Origin: Candidatus Amphirhobacter heronislandensis
GTDB lineage: Bacteria; Pseudomonadota; Gammaproteobacteria; Tethybacterales; Tethybacteraceae
DNA length: 51,299 bases
Assembly: GCA_001750625.1 (NCBI GenBank)
Contig: MEIE01000004.1
Span: 1 to 51,299, forward strand
Reading direction: 5' to 3'
This document shows positions 33,803 to 40,923 of this stretch, piece by piece. A program made the translations under genes and the position numbers. Under the pieces are notes generated by a model, which ran no database searches, was not told where the DNA came from, and saw only the letters and a list, made by a program, of their open reading frames with translations. Numbering within the stretch: the first letter of the stretch is position 1; each line of letters begins with the position of its first letter.

Positions 33803-34540
33803 CTAGGCCAGGACCTCGGCGCAGATCGCGCTGAACGAGCCAGCCTCGAGGCTGGCGCCGCCGATCAGCAGGCCGTCGATGTCCGGCTGGCCGACGAAGC
33901 CGGCCGCGTTGCCGGCCTTGACGCTGCCGCCATAGAGGATGCGTATTTTACCATCCGCGCCGCGTCCTGCCAGGCAGGAGCGGATCCAGGCGCCCGCCTG
34001 CTGCGCGTCGGCGGCGCTGGCGGCCAGCCCGGTGCCGATCGCCCAGACCGGCTCGTAGGCGATGGCGATCTCGACGCCGGCCGGCCATGCCGCCGGCAGG
34101 CCCTCGTCCAGCTGGCTGCGCAGGACCTCCTCGAGCCGGCCCGCCTCGCGCTCGGCCTGGCTCTCGCCGACGCACAGCACCACGCTGATGCCGGCCGCCG
34201 CCGCCCGCGCGAGCTTGGCGCCGACCAGGACGCCGCTCTCGCCGGCCTGGCGCCGCTCCGAGTGCCCGGCCAGGGTCCAGCGGCAGCCGATGTCGGCGAG
34301 CATGCGCGCGGTCACGCAGCCGGTGTGGGCGCCGTCGTCAACGTCGTCGAGGTCCTGGGCGCCGACGGCGGCGCCGGCGATGCGGTCGGCGGCGTGCCGC
34401 AGGTAGGGCGCCGGCGCGAACACCAGCGCGTCGAGGCCTTCGGGCGCCTTGAAGCCGGCGCCCCAGTCCTCGATCATCGCCAGCGAGCCGTTGGCTTTCC
34501 AGTTGCCCGCGATCAGCAGGCGGTTGCTTTGTTCGTTCAT
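33803..34540 (-). CDS. tpiA: triose-phosphate isomerase
   Basis: LIAGNWKANGS.., AGHSERR.., IAYEPVWAIGTG.., ILYGGSV. ATGA overlap with the dinG stop. Confidence 0.93.
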   Translation of the reverse strand: MNEQSNRLLIAGNWKANGSLAMIEDWGAGFKAPEGLDALVFAPAPYLRHAADRIAGAAVGAQDLDDVDDGAHTGCVTARMLADIGCRWTLAGHSERRQAGESGVLVGAKLARAAAAGISVVLCVGESQAEREAGRLEEVLRSQLDEGLPAAWPAGVEIAIAYEPVWAIGTGLAASAADAQQAGAWIRSCLAGRGADGKIRILYGGSVKAGNAAGFVGQPDIDGLLIGGASLEAGSFSAICAEVLA

Positions 34541-36564
34541 GACACCTCCTTGAGGAATTCAATCGTCTTGCCCCGGTCGTCTTCGCGCCGCAGCGGCTGC
34601 AGCGACGCGAGGATGCGCCTGCCGTAGCCCTTGGTCCGCAGCCGCGGGTCGCACAGCACCGCGACGCCGCGGTCGTTCTCGCCGCGCAGCAGGCGGCCGA
34701 CCGCCTGCTTGAGCAGCATCGCGGCCGGATACAGCTGCAGGTGGTCGAAGGCCCGCGCGTCCGGGTGCTCGCGCTCGAGCACCTGCTCCCGCGCCTGCAG
34801 GACGGGGTCCGACGGCGGGATGAAGGGGATGCGGTCGATGATCACCAGCCGCAGCGCCTGGCCGGGGACGTCGACGCCCTGCCAGAAGGTCCGGATGCCG
34901 AGCAGCAGCTTGCCCCTGCCGCCGCCGGCGCGGAAGTGCTTGTCGATCAGCTGCTGGGGCGGCCCGTCGTACTGGTTGACGACGGTGATGCCGCTGCCTT
35001 CGAGCCGCGGGCGCAGCAGCCGGGTGGCGGCGTCGAGGTCGCGCTTGGCCGCGAACAGCATGAAGGCGCCGCCGCCGCTGGCCTCGACCAGCTCGGCGCC
35101 GAGCTCGGCGACCTCCTCGACGAAGGCGGCCGTCTCGCCGCGCTGCGGCACCGCCTTGAGCCGGGGGACGTGCAGCCGGCCGTTGCGGTCGAAGTCGAAG
35201 GGACTGTCGGCGGTCAGGGCCGCCGCGTCCTCCATGCCCAGCAGCCGCTGGACCGGGTCGAAGTCGCCTTCCCAGGCCATGGTCGCCGAGCACAGCGCCA
35301 CCGCGTGCTTCTGCAGGACCTGGTCGTGGAAGGCCTGGGCCGGATTGTGCGGCGCGCAGTACAGGGTGGCGTTCTTCTCAGTGCGCTCGAGCCAGCCAAA
35401 CAGCTGCGCGTCGGCTTTCCTGCCCAGCCAGGCTTCCAGCATGTCCTCGGCTTCCTGGCACACCCCCTCGGCTTTCTTGGCGGCCACATGCCGCTCCGCG
35501 GCCGCGCCCAGATGCTCCCGCAGCGCGGCGGCGGCCGCCGCCAGGTCTCCCAGCGCGGCCGCCAGGCCCTTCTCCTTCGCCAGCAGCTCGGCGGCCGCGG
35601 CGATCTTGTCCGACGTGTCCAGCAGGGCCTCCTGCGCCGCGGCCGTCCGCTCCAGCAGCCCGGCCAGCAGATCCTTCAGCCGCCCGTTCCAGGCCTCCGC
35701 CTGTTCCGGGCTGCCGCCGAGGCCTTTCAAGCGGTCGTGCTTGCTCAGGTCCTCGAAAAAGCTCTCCAGGCCGGCAAGGCTGAGGGAGACGCCGACCAGA
35801 TGGTGGATCTTCTCGGCGATGCCGTGGCCCTCGTCGAAGATGCAGGCGTCGTAATCGCCCTTAGGGATGTCGCTAGCCGCGAAGTACATGGCGTGGCTGA
35901 GCACCAGCAGCTGGGCCTGCCGCGCCTCCCGCACCTTGCGGAAGTAATAGCAGTTGTGCTGGTAATAATCGCAGTCGCGGCGATCGCACTGCCGCGAGGT
36001 CGCGGTGACCAGCGGCCAGACCTTGGCGAGTTTCCTCACGCCGGGGACGTCGCTGATGTCGCCGTCGAAATCGGCGCCGGCGACCCTCTTGGAGACCTTG
36101 GTGAAATCATCCATCGCACGGCCATCGTCGAGCAGGTCGGACTCGCCCTCGCGCGCGGCGACCGCGGTCTCCTCGAAACGCTTGAGGCAGACGTAGTTGC
36201 CAATGCCCTTGAGCGTGCAGGCCTTGGCGTCGCGGCCCAGCAACTCGGCGAGCTGGGGCACGTCGCGCTTGGCGATCTGGTCCTGCAGCGCCTTGGTGCT
36301 GGTCGCGACGATGACCCGCGCGCCGCTGAGGATCGCGGGGACCAGGTAGGCGAAGGTCTTGCCGATGCCGGTGCCGGCCTCGACGAGCAGATGGCGCCGC
36401 TTGCCCGGCGCCGCGAACAGCGTCGCCGCGACCTCTTCGGCCATCGCCACCTGCCCCTGCCGGCTGGCGTAGCCCCGCATCGCCGCCAGGGGGCCGTCGC
36501 TGGCGAAAACCGCCGCTACCTTCGCTGGCGCTAGTTCGGCCATGTCCTCGGCCATTTTAGCCAC
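34537..36564 (-). CDS. dinG: ATP-dependent DNA helicase, DinG/YoaA (XPD-like Fe-S) family
   Basis: Walker A LLVEAGTGIGKTFAYLVP, DEGH box (IFDEGHGIAE), a 4-Cys Fe-S module (VCLKR..QCDRRDCDYYQHNCYY) and C-terminal helicase motifs (GRLLRGENDRGVAVLCD). Confidence 0.8.
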   Translation of the reverse strand: MAKMAEDMAELAPAKVAAVFASDGPLAAMRGYASRQGQVAMAEEVAATLFAAPGKRRHLLVEAGTGIGKTFAYLVPAILSGARVIVATSTKALQDQIAKRDVPQLAELLGRDAKACTLKGIGNYVCLKRFEETAVAAREGESDLLDDGRAMDDFTKVSKRVAGADFDGDISDVPGVRKLAKVWPLVTATSRQCDRRDCDYYQHNCYYFRKVREARQAQLLVLSHAMYFAASDIPKGDYDACIFDEGHGIAEKIHHLVGVSLSLAGLESFFEDLSKHDRLKGLGGSPEQAEAWNGRLKDLLAGLLERTAAAQEALLDTSDKIAAAAELLAKEKGLAAALGDLAAAAAALREHLGAAAERHVAAKKAEGVCQEAEDMLEAWLGRKADAQLFGWLERTEKNATLYCAPHNPAQAFHDQVLQKHAVALCSATMAWEGDFDPVQRLLGMEDAAALTADSPFDFDRNGRLHVPRLKAVPQRGETAAFVEEVAELGAELVEASGGGAFMLFAAKRDLDAATRLLRPRLEGSGITVVNQYDGPPQQLIDKHFRAGGGRGKLLLGIRTFWQGVDVPGQALRLVIIDRIPFIPPSDPVLQAREQVLEREHPDARAFDHLQLYPAAMLLKQAVGRLLRGENDRGVAVLCDPRLRTKGYGRRILASLQPLRREDDRGKTIEFLKEVS

Positions 36565-37615
36565 GCGCCGCGCCGCTTCCTTCGCGCACCGCCGCCACCA
36601 GCGCCTCCATGTTCGCCACCGGCGTCTCCTTGTCGACCCCGTGGCCCAGGTTGAAGACGTGGCCCGCCGGCGCGGCGTACGCGGCCAGCACCCGCTGCGC
36701 CTCCCGCGCCACCGTCGCCGGGTCGGTGAGCAGCACCGCCGGATCGAGGTTGCCCTGCAGCGCCACCCGGCCGCCCAGCTCGCGGCTGAGCGCGCCGAGG
36801 TCGCTCTGCCAGTCGACGCCGAGGCAGGCGACGCCGGTCGCGGCCGCGGCGGCAGCGAGATGGGAGGCGTTGCGCAAAAAGGCGATCACCGGCTGCGCCA
36901 CGCCCGCCGCCCGCAGCTGCGCCATCACCGCGCGCAGCGGATTCAGCAGCAGCTCCTCCTCCCGGCCGCGCGGCGCGAGCCCCGCCCACGAATCGAAGAC
37001 CATCAGGACGTCGCAGCCCGCCGCCGCCTGCGCCGCGAGGGAGGAGGCGATCGCGGTGGCGTTCGCGTCGATGATGCGCTGAAACAAATCGGGCTCGGCG
37101 TGCAGCATCCGCCGCGCCTGCCAAAAATCGCCGCCGCGGCCGTCGACCATGTAGCAGGCCAGGGTGAAGGCGCCGCCGGTGAAGCCGATCAGCGCGGTCG
37201 CAGCCGGCAGCTCGGCGCGCGTCCGCGCGATCGCCTCGTCCAGGTGCGCCAGCCGCGCCGGGTCGAAGGACGGCAGCGCGGCCACCGCAGCGGCCGTCCG
37301 CAGCGGCCGGCCGAGCACCGGGCCCTCGCCGTCGACGAAGCCCAGCTCCAGGCCCAGGGCGTCCGGCACCAGCAGGATGTCCGAAAAGATGATCGCCGCG
37401 TCGAAGCCGAAGCGCCGGATCGGCTGCAGCGTGACCTCGCTCGCCAGCGCCGGATCGCGGCACAGCGCCAGGAAGGAGCCGGCTTTTTGGCGCAGCTCGC
37501 GGTACTCCGGCAGGTAGCGCCCGGCCTGCCGCATCACCCAGATCGGCGTCGCGCCCGCGGTGTCCTCGCAGGCCAGCGTCCGCAGCAGCAGCGGCTTGGT
37601 CGGCGCGGCGCTCAC
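36557..37615 (-). CDS. hemE: uroporphyrinogen decarboxylase
   Basis: TPIWVMRQAGRYLPEYRE.., FDAAIIFSDILLVPDALG. GTG start. It overlaps the dinG start by 8 nt. Confidence 0.93.
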   Translation of the reverse strand: MSAAPTKPLLLRTLACEDTAGATPIWVMRQAGRYLPEYRELRQKAGSFLALCRDPALASEVTLQPIRRFGFDAAIIFSDILLVPDALGLELGFVDGEGPVLGRPLRTAAAVAALPSFDPARLAHLDEAIARTRAELPAATALIGFTGGAFTLACYMVDGRGGDFWQARRMLHAEPDLFQRIIDANATAIASSLAAQAAAGCDVLMVFDSWAGLAPRGREEELLLNPLRAVMAQLRAAGVAQPVIAFLRNASHLAAAAAATGVACLGVDWQSDLGALSRELGGRVALQGNLDPAVLLTDPATVAREAQRVLAAYAAPAGHVFNLGHGVDKETPVANMEALVAAVREGSGAARG

Positions 37616-37625
37616 CAGTTAGAAT
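37596..37625 (+). promoter_or_regulatory. candidate promoter TTGGTC-N18-TAGAAT placed 7 nt before the fabI ATG (possible leaderless mRNA)
   Basis: TAGAAT at 37620-37625 and ATG at 37633. No SD occurs in the 17-nt hemE/fabI spacer. The -35 is weak. Confidence 0.3.
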
Positions 37626-37632
37626 TCCCGGC

Positions 37633-38442
37633 ATGAACCTTCTGCAAGACAAGACGGTCCTCGTGACCGGCATCCTCAGCCGCCACTCCATCGCCTACGC
37701 GATCGCCAAGGCCTGCCAGGACAACGGCGCCAAGCTGATCATCACCTACCAGGACCACGAGCGCGTCGCCGCCAAGGCCCGCGGGCTCGCCGAGGAGGAC
37801 TTCCCCGGCGCCCCGCTCCACGCCCTCGACGCCGGCTCCGACGAAAACATCGAGAAGCTGTTCGCGCAGCTCAAAGAAGAAGGCGTCGAGCTCGACGGCC
37901 TCGTCCACTCGATGGCCTTCGTCAACCGCCGCGCCCTGCAGGGCCCCTACCATCGCGGGACCAGCCGCCGCGACTTCCAGATCGCCCTGGACATCAGCGC
38001 CTACTCCTTCACCGCCCTCGCCGCCGCCGCCGCGCCCCTGCTCAAGCCCGACGCCTGCCTGCTGACGCTGACCTACCTCGGCTCGCAGCGCGCGGTGACC
38101 AACTACAACGTCATGGGCGTCGCGAAGGCCGCCCTCGAATCCTCGGTGCGCTACCTCGCCGCGAGCTTCGGGCCGCAGAAGGTGCGCGTCAACGCCATCA
38201 GCGCCGGGCCGATCAAGACCCTCGCCGCCTCCGGCATCGGCGGCTTCAACAAGATCCTCGAGGTCGTCGCCGCCGAATCCGCCCTGCGCCGCAACGTCAG
38301 CCAGGAAGAGGTCGCGAGCGCCGCGCTGTTCCTGCTCAGTTCGCTCGCCTCCGGCGTGACCGGCGAAATCCTCCATGTCGACGCCGGCCACAACTTCATG
38401 CTCGGCCGCGTCGAGGACGAAGCGGCGGACGCGGACGCCTAG
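37633..38442 (+). CDS. fabI: enoyl-[acyl-carrier-protein] reductase (NADH) FabI
   Basis: LVTGILSRHSIAYAIAKA.., LDGLVHSMAF, YNVMGVAKAALESSVRYLA, INAISAGPIKTLAASGI. Confidence 0.93.
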   Translation: MNLLQDKTVLVTGILSRHSIAYAIAKACQDNGAKLIITYQDHERVAAKARGLAEEDFPGAPLHALDAGSDENIEKLFAQLKEEGVELDGLVHSMAFVNRRALQGPYHRGTSRRDFQIALDISAYSFTALAAAAAPLLKPDACLLTLTYLGSQRAVTNYNVMGVAKAALESSVRYLAASFGPQKVRVNAISAGPIKTLAASGIGGFNKILEVVAAESALRRNVSQEEVASAALFLLSSLASGVTGEILHVDAGHNFMLGRVEDEAADADA

Positions 38443-40313
38443 CTCGACGGCGCCTGCGCCTGCTCGGGCGCGAAGGTGTTCACATCGTATTCTTCCTGCA
38501 GGTCCTGGGTCATGCCCTGCTCGAGCAGGGACTGCATCGTCCGGCGGTAGCCGACCCGCATCTCCTCGAAGCTCTCCTCGTCGAGCTCGCCGGCCTCGAT
38601 CGCGTCCACCCGCAGCATGTCGATGGTGTCCTCGGCCGGGTTGACCGTGAACACGTACATCGGCAGGCTGTCGCGGTTGCTGTAGTACCGGTAGTCGAAC
38701 AGCCGCAGGCGGTTGTACTCCTGCAGCGGCTCGGGCAGCTTGCCGGTCCGGCTGACCTCGAGCACCGGCTGGGCGTCGAAGTCGTAGGGCAGCGCCGGGC
38801 CGTCTTCGGCCGCCGCGGCGTTGAGGTTTTCCTGGATTTCCTCCAGCATGCCGGCGATCACCTGCCGGCGCCGCACGATCAGCCGGATCTTGTCCTCCAC
38901 CTCGCTTAGCGGGATGACCCGCTCGGGCCGGACCTCGAGCGGCTGCAAGAAGGCGTAGCCGCCCTCGGCGAGGCTGATCGCCGGCGACACCTGGCCGCCC
39001 GCGGCGAATTCCTCGTCCCGCGCCGCCGCCAGGACCTCGGGGTCGTCGAAGGGCGCCTCGGCCTCGTCGCCCGGCCGCGGCGTCTGCGGCAGCCAGTCGC
39101 TGGTGCCGGCCTCGAAGCCGAAATTCGCCGCCAGGTCGGCCAGCGCGACGTCCTCGTCCTCGGCCTGCTTCTCTTCGAGCGCGATGACCATCTCCTCGAG
39201 CTGCTGCGCGAGCTCGTCGGCGCGCCGCTGCGCGACCAGCTCGTCCCGGACCTCCTCGAAGGGCCGCGACGAGCCGCCGACCGCGCCCTTGACCTCGAAC
39301 ACCGCCCAGCTGCCTTCGAGGTCCTGCGGCGGCACCAGCTCGCCGACCGGCGTGCTGAACACCACCTCGGCGACCGCCGCCGGCAGGTCCTCCCGCGACA
39401 GCAGCCCGATGTCGCCGCCGGCCGCGCTCGAGCCGGTGTCGATCGAGCGTTCCCGCGCCATTTCCGCGAAGTCGGCGCCCGCCTGCAGCTCCTCGTAGGC
39501 CGCCGCGGCCTCGTCCTCGGCCTCGAACATGATCATCCCCAGCTGCCGCTCGGCGGCCCCCTGCAGCCGGTCCTGCCGCGCCTCGTAGTCCTGCCGCAGC
39601 TCCTCCTCGTCGATGAGGCCGTCCTCGACGGTGAAGTCCTCGGGGACCAGCGTCAGGTGCGCAAAGCGCGTCGCCGCCCGCTCGACGTAGGTCTCGAGGT
39701 TCTCGTTGTAGTAGCCCGCGACCTGGGCGTCGGTGATCTCAATGGAGTCGTCCACCTCGATCGGCAGCGCGATGTGCCGCACCTTGCGGACCTCGGCGTC
39801 GAAGGACTCCAAAAGGTCCAGGGCGCCGTCGACGACCGTCGCGGCCTCGAACATGTCGCGCATCCTCGCCAGCAGCAGGTCGTCGCGGGTCGTGCTCTCG
39901 TACGAGAAGCTGTTGGTGATGATGGCCTGGTAGCGGTCCATCGAAAAGCGGCCGTCGATGCGGAACAGCTCGTTGCTGGCGATCGCCTCGGCCAGCTCCT
40001 CGTCGTTGATCCGCAGGCCGTAGTCGTCGGCCTTGGTCACCAGCAGCAGGCGCTGGGCGAACTCGTTGCGCACCTGGGCGACCAGGCTTTCGATGAATTC
40101 GGGCGATTCGAGGGTCGAGCGCGGATAGACGCCTACCAGCTCCTCGATCTGGCTCTCGACCAGGCCCAGCAGCTGGCCGTTGGTCAGCGTGCGGTTCTCG
40201 ACCCGGACGGCGATGCCGGTCTCGTCGCCGAAATTGGAAAAGGCGCCGACGAGCACCATCGGCAACGACACCGCGATGACGCCGATGAGGCGGCTGGTCC
40301 TGCTTTTGAACAA
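38439..40313 (-). CDS. ppiD: periplasmic chaperone / peptidyl-prolyl isomerase PpiD
   Basis: N-terminal TM anchor (RLIGVIAVSLPMVLVGAF) and SurA-N-like plus parvulin-like regions (FAEMARERSIDTGSSAAGGDIG). It holds the conserved position after hupB. Its stop overlaps the converging fabI stop. Confidence 0.8.
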   Translation of the reverse strand: MFKSRTSRLIGVIAVSLPMVLVGAFSNFGDETGIAVRVENRTLTNGQLLGLVESQIEELVGVYPRSTLESPEFIESLVAQVRNEFAQRLLLVTKADDYGLRINDEELAEAIASNELFRIDGRFSMDRYQAIITNSFSYESTTRDDLLLARMRDMFEAATVVDGALDLLESFDAEVRKVRHIALPIEVDDSIEITDAQVAGYYNENLETYVERAATRFAHLTLVPEDFTVEDGLIDEEELRQDYEARQDRLQGAAERQLGMIMFEAEDEAAAAYEELQAGADFAEMARERSIDTGSSAAGGDIGLLSREDLPAAVAEVVFSTPVGELVPPQDLEGSWAVFEVKGAVGGSSRPFEEVRDELVAQRRADELAQQLEEMVIALEEKQAEDEDVALADLAANFGFEAGTSDWLPQTPRPGDEAEAPFDDPEVLAAARDEEFAAGGQVSPAISLAEGGYAFLQPLEVRPERVIPLSEVEDKIRLIVRRRQVIAGMLEEIQENLNAAAAEDGPALPYDFDAQPVLEVSRTGKLPEPLQEYNRLRLFDYRYYSNRDSLPMYVFTVNPAEDTIDMLRVDAIEAGELDEESFEEMRVGYRRTMQSLLEQGMTQDLQEEYDVNTFAPEQAQAPSS

Positions 40314-40354
40314 GTGCGATCCCCTGCTAGCGGGCCGCGGCGCGGCGCCGCGGC

Positions 40355-40431
40355 TGGCGGAGCTGACGGGACTCGAACCCGCGACCTTCGGCGTGACAGG
40401 CCGACACTCTAACCGACTGAGCTACAGCTCC
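40355..40431 (-). tRNA. tRNA-Asp (anticodon GUC), CCA encoded
   Basis: GGAGCTGTAGCTCAGTCGGTTAGAGTGTCGGCCTGTCACGCCGAAGGTCGCGGGTTCGAGTCCCGTCAGCTCCGCCA. The cloverleaf folds with anticodon loop CTGTCAC. Confidence 0.93.
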
Positions 40432-40497
40432 AGCGCTGGAATCGACTGGCAATGAGAAACCGCCCCCCGTCCGCGGCCAGCAGGCCCGCGCACAGGG

Positions 40498-40569
40498 TGG
40501 GTGCTGAGAGATTCGAACTCCCGACCCTCGCTGTGTAAAAGCGACGCTCTACCGCTGAGCTAAGCACCC
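40498..40569 (-). tRNA. tRNA-Val (anticodon UAC)
   Basis: GGGTGCTTAGCTCAGCGGTAGAGCGTCGCTTTTACACAGCGAGGGTCGGGAGTTCGAATCTCTCAGCACCCA. Anticodon loop TTTACAC. CCA is not encoded. Confidence 0.9.
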
Positions 40570-40592
40570 GCGGCAGCTCACGGCTGGAGGAG

Positions 40593-40865
40593 TTACCTGA
40601 CGGCGTCTTTCAGCGCCTTGCCGGCCTTGAACTTCGGCGAGTTCTGCGCCTTGATCTTGATTTCCTCGCCCGTCTTGGGGTTGCGGCCGGTGCGCGCGCT
40701 GCGGCGCGAGACGCTGAAGGCTCCGAAACCCACCAGGGTGACAGTCTCCTTCTTCTTGAGCGCCTTGGTGATGGAGTCGAAAACCGAGTCCACTACTTTC
40801 TTGGCCTGGGCGCCGCTGATGTCGGCGTCTTTCGCAACCTTGTCGATGAGATCACCTTTGGTCAT
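40593..40865 (-). CDS. hupB: DNA-binding protein HU-beta
   Basis: MTKGDLIDKVAKDADISGAQAKKVVDSVFDSITKALKKKETVTLVGFGAFSVSRRSARTGRNPKTGEEIKI.., a full-length HU match. ATG 40865. Confidence 0.93.
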   Translation of the reverse strand: MTKGDLIDKVAKDADISGAQAKKVVDSVFDSITKALKKKETVTLVGFGAFSVSRRSARTGRNPKTGEEIKIKAQNSPKFKAGKALKDAVR

Positions 40866-40923
40866 GTCTGTTCTCCTTAGTAGGATAGGATGCCGCAATT
40901 CTAGCATAGATGCGGCGAAATCA

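Noticed and set aside
33252-33806. 184-aa plus-strand ORF over tRNA-Leu and secG
   Set aside because: It reads through a tRNA gene and is antisense to secG. The Ser/Ala/Gly/Pro-rich translation indicates an artefact.
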